From Calcarisporiella thermophila CBS 279.70 (Eukaryota > Fungi > Calcarisporiellomycota), in contig NW_027192191.1 in the NCBI RefSeq assembly GCF_041956535.1, positions 1,189,443 to 1,253,442 of the forward strand: DNA of 64,000 nucleotides, given 5' to 3'. The translations under genes were made by a program, and so were the position numbers. The stretch's first letter is position 1. Each line of letters opens with the position of its first letter. The notes under the pieces were generated by a model. It worked only from the letters and a program-made list of their open reading frames with translations, did not search any database and was not told where the DNA came from. This document shows, in pieces, positions 1 through 13,147 of the stretch.

Positions 1-1953
1 ACTCTCACATGCTTGATATTCATTAATGAGCTCTTGCACAACTTGCCTAATTAGTTACAACCAAAATACTCAGAGCAAATATTTGGATGGCGATAACGAT
101 AGAAAATAATACCTGGACTCGTCAAACTCCTCTAAACCATCTGCAAAAAGAGATTCCTTTCGATATTGCTCCAAAAAAGCATTGCGCCGCCGCAGGCGAT
201 CATACTGATCACAGGTTCTTTTGAAAAGCTGAGAGGAATAAATAAGTTATAGAGTTTTAACTGAAAATTAAAAAATGATTATATATATTACTTGGGAGAT
301 ACTAGTGTGGTTGGCAAGCATTAGCCCGCTAACTCGATGTGATGTTTGGACGTAAGGTGACTTCCGTGTCAAAGCAACTTGGATATTTGCGGGACCCCAA
401 GGAATAAATTGAGCAAGTCTACGTTCGCGAATACGTAATAAAGATTTATGCACCTAAAACGAATATTTAATGATCTTTTTATAAATTGAGATGAGAAAAA
501 AAACTCACGTCAGTCGGATCAGCTTCTCCTTGGATAATATTGAGAATTGAGATGTAGCAACTTTTTTTCGTGGGGTTAATTGAAACCATTTTATTTTTGG
601 GTTGCAACAACCGTCGCATAACATCAAGGACTGTTGTCTTCCTCACGGATTTTGCCTATTTAGAGAACAGATATTAGTTATTTAGGAAGAATTATATCGC
701 AATTAGACCAAGTTAAAGTGACCTTCTCAACCTGATCTCCTGTAAATGGAGTATAAGATGTCATTAAGTAATGACAGCGTGGTGTCGGAATCAGTGAGGC
801 GATCATCCCAACAAGGTCATTGTTCATGTAGCCTGGATAGCGTAATGTTGTAGTGCTTGCTGACATTACTGTTGATACCTAAATTCATAGAGGTCACTAA
901 CCTAAATAAATAATGATTGCCAGTATATTATTTATAGTACATTACCAGCTGATTTGTTTGTGTGAACGTAGGGTTCTGTATGTGAAGCCGATCTGCTGCT
1001 ATTCTATTTAGTGCAGCATTATCTAATACAATCTAATAAGAAAATATATGAAAAAAATTTTATCCTGATAGAGTATAACATTTAAAGAAACTAACCACAC
1101 AGTCGGCATTGGTTGTTAATCGCTTTAAACTTAGTATGCTATTATATGGCTGTACGACTACATCTGATGTTTCCTCGTTATTAGGAAACACTGAATATGT
1201 CTGAATCAATTTCTTGGGATAACGATCATTAAGCCTTTCTAGAAGAAAAGATCCAAGTCCCGATCCGGTTCCTCCGGCTATAGAATGGAGTAACATGAAC
1301 CCCTTTAATTCATATAATTAGTTATAATAATTTGTATGTATTCAAAGCGTAAATATATACCTCAAGTGATTCGCTGCCATCTGCTTCCCTATCAATCATA
1401 TCCAGCACGTCCTCGCATATACGTTCACCCTGAGAGTAGCCAAATGCCCAGTTATTACCGGCACCACCACCATCGGTCGAAAGATATATATTCTCAGGAT
1501 TATAGAGGTTCGAGTAGGGAGATTGAAGTATATTATTGATGACCTGAAAAATATTGAGGATAAGTTATGGATTGAATGACATAGTATGCTGGATACACTT
1601 GCAGTAACTTACTCTGGGTTCAAGATCCAGAAGAATAGCTCGTGGAATGTAATGTTCATCATCAGCCTACAATGGATTCGGAAGGAAAATTAATATATCT
1701 CTAATCTTTGTTTAAATATATTCGATTTAATAATACTTGGTAAAAAAAGACATCTTTTCTATCGCCTCCTTCAGTCGCAAAGTCTTCTAAGGTACCATCC
1801 TTACTGATCCCATGCTCTGCGCATAGCTGCTTCCAAAATTCCATTCCAACTTAAATATTTAACGGTTAGTACATGCTTAAAATGGGGCAGCTGACAATAC
1901 ATACTTTGATTCCCGCATTGTCCTGTTTGTAGTGTTATGATTTCTCGCGGCAT
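1..1953 (-). CDS. TUB4: Gamma-tubulin (multi-exon; 3' end runs off the window start)
   Basis: ATG at 1953 gives [16 protein letters not shown]. Later exons encode [34 protein letters not shown] and [13 protein letters not shown], which are gamma-tubulin-specific. Confidence 0.98.
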
Positions 1954-2005
1954 CTTTTAACGGAATGATAAAATGCCTTAATTTTGTATTTATTTTAAGG
2001 TCAAG

Positions 2006-2030
2006 ACGCGTATAATATTTTTAAACGCGT
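2006..2030. promoter_or_regulatory. Two MCB (ACGCGT) boxes in the gamma-tubulin/MIOS divergent promoter
   Basis: ACGCGT at 2006-2011 and 2025-2030, about 50-80 bp upstream of the gamma-tubulin ATG, in an AT-rich spacer. Confidence 0.55.
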
Positions 2031-2224
2031 CCAAGAATTTACTGCGCCCCAAGAATGGAGTCTTTGGAGCAAATCCGCGCCACTCTGTGATAGCTTGTCT
2101 GGTGTGCGATGAGTAGTAGATAAATACTGTTATTACCATCGGACCGGAAACAATTGAAAAAACTAAATGAAATCAACTTAGTATTTAGTACAGCTATCGA
2201 ATCATAAGATATTCATTTTTTACG

Positions 2225-5200
2225 ATGGGGTCGAAATCGGTTATGATTGAGTGGTCCCCTATAGAAGGACAGAATCAATTTATCGTTGGTTCAACTGATT
2301 TAAGGCTATATGAACTGGTAATCACTCTTGGGAAATGCTGTATTATATTAATTCATATCTCCAGCTAACCCATACCGTTGTTAATTTTCGCGTAGAATCG
2401 AAATTCTAAAACCGGATTTAACCAAATTGCAGCAGTATCAGATGTCCCGCTAATGAAGGTATAACTTCAATTTGACATAAATATTTTACTTGCTTTTCCT
2501 GACTTAGTTATATCAAATAAGTGCTTTGCTTGGTCTCCTGATCAACGTCTAACCAACCTGGTGGCAGTTGGGCTTGCAACTGGCAGTATCAAACTCGTCC
2601 CGATCCATGGTCCGTCTTCATCCGATCCGTTATCCCTTGGATCTGTTTCCACACCTGGAGGCTCTGGCATTCTCCGACAAATGTCAACAACTATGCAACA
2701 TCCTTATCTTACGCTTAATTCTCGATTCACCCGCGTATGCAACGCGGTCGCATTCTCTCAGGCTGAACCTAGATATCTAGCGGCCGCTTTAGGGAAAACA
2801 AGGCATGATTTCGGATTACTTGTATGGGATGTGGAGAGAGCGTTCAGCACAAGCAACGACTTATCGATACGGACATGGGGGTCTTCAAATATGTTGAGTG
2901 GTGCAGAACGTGGGCCAGGAATTACTGAGAGTTTACCTGCTACACCAGGTGGAAATAGAGGAGCTTGGGGGGATGATTCTATATCCACTCCTGGTATTAT
3001 TCTATACTACTCAATATGATTTCCTATCTTAATATTTGGCTTATTTATATAGATGCCCGACGATGGACCCCTAATCTTGAGAATTTATCTAACCACTCAT
3101 CGCCTACTACAAAGTATTCAAAGCTACAAAGTTATTTAGACGCTGACTGATAATTTATTATTAATACCAAAAGCTCCCGCCATACTGAGGAACCTCGGCC
3201 AATCCACCAGTTCTGCCCTAATGAAGCGGTCACATCATGTGCATGGGCACACCGAAGCGCAAATTTACTCGTTGCTGGCATTAGTCGTCAGAGTTTGCGC
3301 ATTTTTGATGTTAGATGTAAGCCATTTTCTTTTTTTTTCCCAGCACTTATCGCACTTATATCACGGCAATACCTTTATTATAGTAGATAATTCGAATATG
3401 CCGCCGATACATATAGCTACCAAAGCTGTATATGGAGTAGCGATCGATCCATATAAAAGTGAAAACTTTGCTTCCTATACCGATGAAGGCATAATAATGA
3501 TATGGGACATTCGCAGGCCGGACAATGCAATATCCTTTTGTGTTGTTTTTTTTTTTAACCTTGTTTCAACATATCTATAGTATAGTATGATCCTTAACGA
3601 AAAGTTTACGTATTGACATTATCACCTGAAATAGGACAACGCGGGATTACAAGTTTACTGAAGATATCGTACTCACCAACTCGTTCAGGTCTGCTAGCTT
3701 CATTAGCTTCAGAATCTCACGTTATTCGCCTATGGGATATTCAGGAAGGAACATCTCGATATCCTACCTACCCTGGAAATATTGTATCGGATACACCGAT
3801 TACGTCTATTGGTTCTCACAGTGTGTCCGATATGGATCGCACTCAATCTGGGTTGTCACCTCTTAAGGCTGATGAGGCAGCAGACGAAAAGGATTTCAAC
3901 GTGCTAAAATTGTGGAGATCTCGAGGAACTTCTCCTTCAGACCTTCCCCTCTTATCATTCGCATGGATGCCGATCAATAATTTAGTTGATACCGGCTCTT
4001 CCCCTGTCACTTATAACCTGATTACCGCAAATCGTGACAACATCGTATCAATGACATTACCTGAACCGCACAAATTCGCATGGAGCCCCCATGGTTCTCT
4101 ATTGGTAACGGGAGGGAGGGGGATGGACATCTATCTGCCAGAAAATAATTTCGACCGGTCGCGCAGCCCTTCTACCCGCGAAATTTTTTCACCAGCTAGT
4201 CTTGTTAGCCGCGATCGAAGGATCTCTGGCGATGATAGCGGTGGACTTATGAACTCCAGTCCCGTTTTGGAACGTACACGCCAAATCAGCACAGAGGATA
4301 CCACAAAAAACGCTGTAGATACTCGAATATTTTCTACCCCCGCTACAACCATGGCGTCGCCGCGACGCCGTAATATGGTAGAATTTCTTGAGCCAAGAGG
4401 CGAAGATTCGCAGAATTTAACTCGTGCTTTTGGTCGAATCGGGCTCTCACTCTCTCAGAGAAAAGGAGCTAAAGAGCATGTCCGCAGCATACATGATCAT
4501 CAATTAAAGCATTTACTACAACAGGATATCTCCGTAGTAATGCGGGATCGAGCAAAAGCAGGTTACGCAATGAATGTAAGCTATTGAAATTGTATTTAAA
4601 ATGTAATTTATTGGTATTTAATTATTATTGTGTGGGTGGGTGGGTGATTCTCGCAGTGTGATTTGAATTTAGATATTATCAAAGATGATCCTAAGCTTCT
4701 AGAGTTTTGGACATGGATACAGCGTAAGTTTACATTTTTTTCGTACCATTAGTTTTATTATGAAATCTTGACCATTTTAAAATATATAGGAGCAGAAAAA
4801 TTATCAGCTGAGGGCAAATCGCTGATTGAGAAAGTTGATTTTAGCTTTCATGGAGTTTATAGTATCTGGCAAGGAACGTCAACTTCCAGTGGCAGCAAAA
4901 AATCTTCTCCAGTTTCTACACCTCGTCCGTCCCCTCCCCCTTCAAATTCAAGCCAGAGTGCCTCTCCAGCTTCCGCCAAAGTAGATCGGGAAATATTTAT
5001 AACTGCTTCAACCAAGGCGGCGCAACGGCGCTTGGCATTGCGCATAACTGGCTTTGATAACGACAAAATAGCATTGGATGAGCATTTACAAAGGTTGTAT
5101 ATTTTATTTGCGTCTGAATTTTATATATATTTATTTTAACCTTATCCGTTAGTATGGAACAAGCAAATCAAAGCAACAAAGCGGCTGGATGGGCATTGTT

Positions 5201-6470
5201 TCATGGAGACGTTCACAGGGCATTGCGGCTCCTAAATTCCAGTCAAGGTATTAGGCTGCATTGTTTTTCTGATAATCATGAGAAATTTATTGTGTATAAT
5301 TTATGAATTAGATGAGCGTCATCGCCTAATGGCGGCAGCATTAGCTGGTTATGCCAACTTCGTTAGTGGTTCTGAAACCGATAGCTCACACTCACTTTGG
5401 AAGGAACTCCTCACTTCACTTATGAATGAATTGAGTGACCCATATCTATTTGCAATTTTCAGCTATATAACCACCAGCACTTGGCAAAAAGTCCTCGAAC
5501 AAAATAATCTTCCACTGAAGGATCGTCTTGGTATCGCGTTACGATTTTTGGATGACGAAGCGGTATTGAAACTAGTGTTTTCCTTTTTACATTTTGTATT
5601 TTTACAATTCTATTTATATTAATAGCTCGGAAAATATTTGAACGAGGTCTTTGCCCAATACACATCTTCCGGGGACCTCGAAGGAATCCAGGTTACGGGC
5701 CTCTCTCCACATGGAGTTAAACTCCTTGCCAATTACGTGAATCGAACCGGTGACATACAGACTGCATGCCTTGGTACTAGTTTTGTAGTCCCACGACGAT
5801 TTCGTGACTCTCGTGTTGATGAATGGGTTGAGAATTATCGACTTCTTCTTAACCGGTGGCAATATTATCACTCACGAGCGAAACTGGACATCGCTCGAGG
5901 AAAACATATGGGTGCGAACACAGCAGCTCGATCAACTATTACGCAACCTCAAGTGTTCGTCCACTGTCACTACTGTAATCAATCAATTGCACATAGTTTT
6001 GTGATTCCAGTTGGTAGAGGCAAGGGAAGCAATCGGCCATTGACTGTAGCTGCTGCAGCGAGCGCAGGAGCGATTGCTGGAACGCAGAAAGTGCGCTGGT
6101 TTCATTTGCCAAATGACTAATTAAGCTGTATATTGATATGCTTTTGTAATCTTAGAGCTCGGTCTGCCCTAACTGCCACCAACAGTTACCTCGATGTTCT
6201 CTCTGTTTGCTTCACCTTGGCACGCCAATTGACTCTATAAGAGACACCATGGCAAAGCATGGAACCGGTAACATATAATATCCAATAGTTGGTCGATACT
6301 TGTCAATTTATAAACGATATCTATCGTTTACAGCACCTTCAGGATTCGACCTCTGGTTTACTTGGTGTCAGACGTGTAGACATGGCGGCCATGCAGTTCA
6401 TGTGCTCGAATGGTTCCAGAAACATCGACAGTGCCCTGTGAGTAATTGTTCTTGCGAATGCAAAATGTAA
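2225..6470 (+). CDS. MIOS: GATOR2/SEACAT subunit MIOS (Sea4): N-terminal WD40 domain, C-terminal zinc ribbon/RING
   Basis: Starts [26 protein letters not shown]. Contains [65 protein letters not shown] and [31 protein letters not shown]. Stop TAA at 6468-6470. Confidence 0.95.
3530..3609 (+). other. U12-type (minor spliceosome) AT-AC intron in MIOS
   Basis: 5' site ATATCCTTT at 3530, branch TCCTTAAC at 3591-3598, 3' AC at 3608-3609. Removal joins ..RRPDNA|VLTLSPE.. in frame. Confidence 0.93.
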
Positions 6471-6778
6471 AAATATGTTTATTTTTTTATTGCCTATCGT
6501 TTTTTTTTTTATTTTCATTTTTTGATTCATATCTCTGCAATAACATGGATTTATTTTGCTATTTATCGTTCGGATAAGTAAATCCCTAATGTTCTGAATC
6601 GAATTGGACAAGGATGATTCTCTAATATTTTCATTGAAATTAATTTAATATGAATACATGATAATTTTTGATTTTAAACTTTCTTCGATAGCGTAATCCT
6701 GAGCTGTCACCAAAACGTTTGATATGACTAGGCCATACAAAATTATTTGCCACCCCTTTTTTCTACTTTTTTTCTTAG

Positions 6779-7745
6779 ATGTTAAATTGGGATAGAAGAG
6801 GCGAGATGAATAAACAAATAGAAGAGTGGATCGAGTATGTGTTTACTTGCTTAGTTGGAATTCCCACGATACTTATTTTACAAAAAGGAAACAGAATACT
6901 TTAAAACAGAATCTAATTCTTGAGGATACTCTAGCTTTCACTTGCAAGGATGAAGATGGGAATATACAATTCGAAGGATTAAGATACATTGGTGGTGTCG
7001 ATCTCAGCTTTGTCAAGAATAATGAGAGCATGGCAGTAGCAGCGCTTGTTGTATTAGAATATCCATCTCTGAATGTGTGTATAATTCTGTAGATATTTTA
7101 TAGCAGAAGCTGAATATTTTGCTCTTTAATAGATAGTGTACAAAAACTTCCTAGAAGTCACTCTGAGCCATCCATACATTGCTGGTTTTTTAGCGATGCG
7201 TGAATGCCCTCCTATACTTTCCCTACTCTCCTCTCTAAAATCTGCACGTCCAGATATGTATCCACAGCTTATATTCGTTGACGGGAATGGCACTCTACAT
7301 CCTCGTGGAATGGGGCTCGCTTGTACCCTTGGTATAGAAGCCGATACACCGACTGTGGGGGTTGCCAAAAATTTCTTACAGATAGATGATGGAGAAAATT
7401 TAAAAATGTCTTCAGTTAAATCGGCATTCAAGCAGCGAAATACAGACGTATTGCTTCTAAAAGGAGATTCAGGGCAAGTCTACGGAGCTGTAATATTTTA
7501 ACATAGAGCGCGCTTCTTCTTAATGGGCTTTAGTTAATTATGTTTTTTGACTTTGCCTCTAGGCTCTCCGATGTGCAAAAGATACAACCAATCCTATCTA
7601 TGTCTCACCCGGTCATCGCATCAGCCTAGATACTGCAATAAATGTAGTGCGTGCTGTCTGTCGGTACAGAGTTCCAGAGCCAACACGACAAGCAGACATT
7701 TTAAGCCGTCAAGAAATTGCACGTATAGCTAATGTATCAAAATAA
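6779..7745 (+). CDS. ENDOV: Endonuclease V (inosine-specific)
   Basis: [58 protein letters not shown] and [15 protein letters not shown]. Three GT-AG introns. The start ATG could instead be at 6807. Confidence 0.95.
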
Positions 7746-7858
7746 ATGTACTCCTACTTGGATAAACTGCCCCCGAAATTTGATTGACCAGGCAAAATAC
7801 AATAACTGTACAATCAAAAAACTATATTATTTTCAAAAGTTAAACAGACAAGAGTAAA

Positions 7859-9609
7859 TTATTTTTTAAGTTGTTCTTTATTCCCGTTCGCCTCCTCGTC
7901 AGTCGACTGAACTTCAGAGTGCACCAATACAGCTCGTTTGGATACAGTCGAATTGGCGTCCAAAATCTCGGAAACCGATTCTTTAAAGTGCTGGAAATTA
8001 TAGTCAAAAAGACCTTGTTTATAGTTCTCATTTCGCATTAAACAGACAAGGGCTAGATATCTGTAATATTATAAAGCAGGTTAAAATTATTTTATAACAG
8101 CAATATTGAATGCGCATTATATACTTGTTAACTTCTCTCATGTAGAGTACGGTATTATTTTGCAACTTAATCACAGCAAACAATTCGTTTGACTTCTTGG
8201 ACGCCTGGCTGACACTGTTGCCGTCATGGGTTGAGTAATCTATAGCAGACACACTGCGCTGATCTTGAGATTGGTCAGAGTCGTCCAAGGCTCCGGTCCT
8301 GTTAAATTAACAAAAAGAAATATGTTAATATATAGTAAGATTCTACAAGCGCTTCAATCTCACCAAAAGGTATCGACAACATCAATGACAACATCAATCA
8401 TATCACTGCAAATACCGTAGGATGAAGAATCAAAGGGTGAGCTATCGGTAGCAATAAAAATCTTGCTTATAGCGTCGAACAAGTAGGATTTTTCGACACA
8501 CGAGTTCTAAACAGAAATGGGCACATAATGGTGAATTTGTGAGGATACCACTAGGAGCACATTGATATACCAGACAAAGCATATTGAGCAGATTCTCAAG
8601 AGTAGGAAGCTGCGGAATAAGTTTTTGGATCACTTTGCTGAATGCTTCAAATATCGAGTGATCATAAATGCTGGTAAGATGAAAATTTAAGGGTATTTCA
8701 GTAAGATTCTCGTCATCTAAATCACCACGAACTCGCTGTTCTATCTCTTGTAAGATGTCTATCAATTGTATAAGAATAGAATGAGAGGGCTTTAAAGAAA
8801 ATAATAAAACAATAAAATCTTACCCATTTTACTCTCATCAGATAGCACATCAACTTTGTGAATAAAGACTTCGAAGTTGATGCCAGGATTAACGCGATAG
8901 GCGCGAACCAACGTGTAATGCAAGCGTTGAAGTGCTTCGAAATACTCATCCTACGTATAAAATACTCAGTCGAATATTCTAGACAATTGGTATGGCGTAT
9001 ATCTACCAGAGCATCAATGACGAATACTAGAGCCCCAACGTCAGCAAATATCATATCAGAATCGAATGCTGGATCCAAAAAATCAATTTGACCAGGTACA
9101 TCCCAAATTTGGAACTCTATATACGAGCGACTATGACAACGTAAAGACGAATGATCAACAAGAGAGAGTAACCGGAAAAGAAGAAATAGCTACATGATAT
9201 CGTCTTTTTCAATACGGATAGTGCTTTGTAAGTGAAGGGTTTCTCCAGCTGGCAATTTATGGAAAACAACTTTTTCTATGCTCGATTTCCCGCTCCTTAG
9301 AAGCAAAAATAAAACGTGTAAAAGCAATTTAAAAGATTAGACAACTAAATAACGTACCTTCTCATTCCCATAAGAAGAAGTCGCAAACGATCCTTGCCTG
9401 GCTCGTCAAAACTTGCATCAGAATACCTTAATTAAAAAAAAATAAGTAAAATCTGACAAGAAATAAGAGATGTTATATTTACCTCACATCGTTGCCGTAT
9501 GATGCCAAATCATCATAATCGTAATCGGAATACTATCATACAAAAAATGTTATATTTATATCCACTATGATTAAATCAATTTACTTACTGTAGTGTTGTA
9601 TTCCATCAT
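7859..9609 (-). CDS. GTR2: Rag-family GTPase RagC/D (Gtr2), divergent
   Basis: [91 protein letters not shown] and [14 protein letters not shown]. Confidence 0.93.
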
Positions 9610-9735
9610 AGAGTTAAATGTAAAAATAAGTGTTCGTTTCCATGTATTAATGCGGGGACTATGAGGCGCAGCTTTCAACAGACCTTCTCATAGTCCCACG
9701 TTTGCAAGTTTCTTTTTAGGATTAAAAACATAATT

Positions 9736-10864
9736 ATGATTAGAACAAATGCAGCATCGCGTTCAATCCAACCTATAGCATCTGAACCCACATTAGACGG
9801 TGGTACGGCCACTCATGATGGGCCGGAGCCACTTTCATTAGATTTTCTTCGTAAGCAGGCAAGACAGCTGGAGCATGAGATTGAAATTAAACTTGTAGCC
9901 TTCTCGAAAATGGGCGCTAGTACTTCGTCTCGTGCCAATCATGGCTCATTCCTGACTGATGGTCCCAGTGGAAACGAAGCAGCTGAGTTGGAGATTGATG
10001 AACTTCTAAAAAAAGTTATTATTATGCTCTCTGCTCATATACAGCCATTAACTTATCTTTTCTTGGCCACATTTTTAGTTGACAATTGTTGTTAATTCGA
10101 TGAATGAATTTACGGAGAGGCCGAGCGCCAATCGGATTTCCAGCTCACTAGTTCACGTAATTCAAAGACATAGAGACATGTTATATGATTATTCTAAAGA
10201 GTTCAGGAAAACAAGGGTAAAAAGTGTAATTGATGCTGAGACCTTTTTGATCTGGACTAAATTTCCTTTGTGGTTTTTGAATTAATACATAAGGCAAATC
10301 TACGGTCTATGCGAGAGCACAATGAGCTGCTAAGTCAAATACGTGATGATATGAAGTATGTGTTGGCTTATTATTCTAGTATTGGAGTAATTTTTAACAA
10401 TTTATATAATAATATTGCTTCTTTTTCGTTAATAGCAAACCTTCAAGTAGCAACACAGAGCATCTACTTACCGAGCGCAATCGAATTGACAACTCTCATC
10501 GAATGACGGATATGCTTTTAGAGTAATTTCCAAAAATAATTCTTTTTTTTTCTTTAAGTATCAACTCCATTCATACTGGTAACTATTGTAGACAAGCATA
10601 CTCAACTAGAGAAAATCTTGACAAACAAAGATCTCTCCTCCAAGGAGCAAACAGAAGATTAGTTGGACTTGTTGGTAAGTTATTTTTCAAAACCTTAATA
10701 TTGGGGATAACAGCTGATTTACCCCATCGATGAAAGGGCAAATCCCTGGGATTAATACGCTTATCAACCGAATCCATACCCGCCGACGACGCGATACTTT
10801 CATTATGGCAGGCGTTATATCTACCTGTATTTGCCTAATACTTTTATATTGGTTTAATACTTAA
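9736..10864 (+). CDS. GOS1: Golgi SNARE GOS1/GOSR1
   Basis: LRKQARQLEHEIEIKLVAFSK, IQRHRDMLYDYSKEF, ERNRIDNSHRMTD, IPGINTLINRIHTRRRRDTFIMAGVISTC and a C-terminal TM segment. Confidence 0.95.
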
Positions 10865-11272
10865 ATGTTTACTGGTTGATTCTAACCTTTGTATTTTTCA
10901 ATTAAGTGATCGAAATCTACTAATAAAACGATGCTTTCATAATTAATCGAGTAATATTATTTTGTATTAGTGGTTATATTAAAGCTCTTGAATTGACCTG
11001 TAAAGTACTCTAATTCGCGAATAAATTTCTTCACAGTTAGAGTATTTATGTGATGATATTCATTTTTAAACTTAAACAACCCCTTGGTAAAACGATCTCC
11101 GGATTATTTTAAAGCCAAAACATTTAATGCAAATGGACATATCTAATATAACGATCAATTTTAGGTTGTGTCTGTGGCTAAACGTTTCAAAAATCGATAA
11201 TGGTACACCATACTACTTCACGTGAATGAAAAGTACACAATGTTCGAGTAATTGGTTTTTAATTCAGCTCTA

Positions 11273-12872
11273 ATGGCCAATATAAAAAAGTACATTATTC
11301 CAGGTAATATATCAAGAATTACGTAGGGAATCTTTCAATATAAAAGTATAGAATTAATTACTATAATATCTCATGATTGCATAGCTCACTCGCGCACTAA
11401 TATCTCTGGTGCGCGTCTAGTCGTCAATAGGCATTTTATTGAATCCCAAACGCAAAAACCTGTTGTTGGAATTATGTATGTAGTTGCTCTTCACGGAAAA
11501 ATCTTCTCTCTGATGTTTTACAACTGTCTATAGATTTTCCCACGCAAATGGTTTTTGCAAAGAAATTTGGTGGCCAATTATAAATCGGCTGTTTGATCAT
11601 TTCCAGGGAACAATTGAATGCTGGGCTATGGATTGTAGACACCAAGGAGAGAGTGGTGTGTTGAATCAAAAACTATTAGCTGGAAATGGTAAATACAAAT
11701 GGCTTTAGTATAATAAGTCTATTAATTATATTTGTCCTCTTATAGTATCATGGCTTGATTGTGGTCGAGATATTTTACAACTTATCAGCTTCTTTCAAAT
11801 GAGGAAACGATATCAAAGAATTATCGGCATTGGACACAGGTATATGCCTCTTCATTAAAGTTATCATATTATGACTTATATTTTATACTTTGATTAGTTT
11901 TGGAGGAACTTGCTCATTGATGGCTCAGATCCTTCTCCCGAATAAAACTTTTGATGCTATTTTTTTAATTGACCCGGTGCTGGCGAAATTTGAGAGAAAC
12001 ATTAAGGGCGGCCTTCTTTTTGGTGTGCAGGCATATCGTCGTAGAGATGAATGGGAGAATATGTAAATTATGAATATTGTACTCTTATCTAAGTGAAATT
12101 CCTGACAACGGCTAAACATAGTGAAGAAGCAAAGAAATATCATCGAGGGAAGGAATTTTTTGCGGCGTTCGACCCTGAAGTTTTTGAATTATACATGGTA
12201 AACTGAATTTTTTAACCTTCAATGATTTTATGCTCAATCTATGTATAATATCAGAAATATGGACTTTACGAACTTCCGAACAGTAAGATGGTGGCCCTTA
12301 AAACAACTACTGAGCAAGAGGCTGTAAGTTTTTATATATTTTTCCGATTCATATTTCCCCTCAATAATAGCCTTAACGCCAATAAAGCTAACTTTTATAT
12401 GTGACACGCCCTCTCATTTTACGACATTCAAAAACTTGCGCCGCATACGAGTTCCAACCTTTTGGATTACAGGAGCCAATTCGATCGTATGGTACGCAAA
12501 ATATACATTTTATAGAATGAAGGTGCCAATTGATGCTAATTTAACATTTTATAAATATTCAACAAAGCCCTAAAGCCGAAGTGCCTGCATTAGCTAAATT
12601 ATGTCCAGGAGGAGGAGAATACCATATAGTGAAGAATGCTGGTCATATGGTACGTATTGAATTATCTATTGCATTCCTGTTAAATTCCCCACTAATTTCT
12701 TTCGTTCATAAAGGTTTCCCTAGAGAAACCAAAGGAAGTTTGTAAGTTAGTTTTGCATTCGTCAGTACTTAGAGATACACCTAACATTGTATTTCAATCT
12801 TTTATAGCTGAAGTGATTATTAAATATTTGGAACAGTACAAACTAGCTGTAGCCTCGGTGTCCAAGCTCTGA
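11273..12872 (+). CDS. Peroxisomal alpha/beta hydrolase (Lpx1-like lipase/esterase)
   Basis: Missed by the ORF track because of many small exons. FSHANGFCKEIW oxyanion motif, AMDCRHQGES, nucleophile elbow GIGHS|FGG, LIDPV and NAGHM. Ends VSKL* (PTS1). Confidence 0.85.
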
Positions 12873-13147
12873 TACACTTTGCTCAGTATTCTTATGATTA
12901 TTTTACAAATTGAAATTTGCACTTGAATAAACAAGTAGCTTTGTTAAAAAAAAGTACTAAAGTTGATATTAAGCATGGATTTCGGAAAAATCTTAATATA
13001 AGGATTAGCAAGAAAAAAAAGGTAACTTTGCTCACCAATGTATTAATCGGAGATTTATATATAAAAGAAAAATAGCGCTGTACAATAGAAAATATAAACA
13101 CAATACCAAAAAAAAAATGCTCCCATATTTCCTAAAATCCTTGACCA

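Noticed and set aside
11049-11056. GTGATGA box C candidate
   Set aside because: No downstream CTGA box D or terminal stem at a suitable distance.
12370-12378. CCTTAAC in a hydrolase intron as a U12 branch site
   Set aside because: The donor is the canonical GTAAGT, so the intron is consistent with U2 type.
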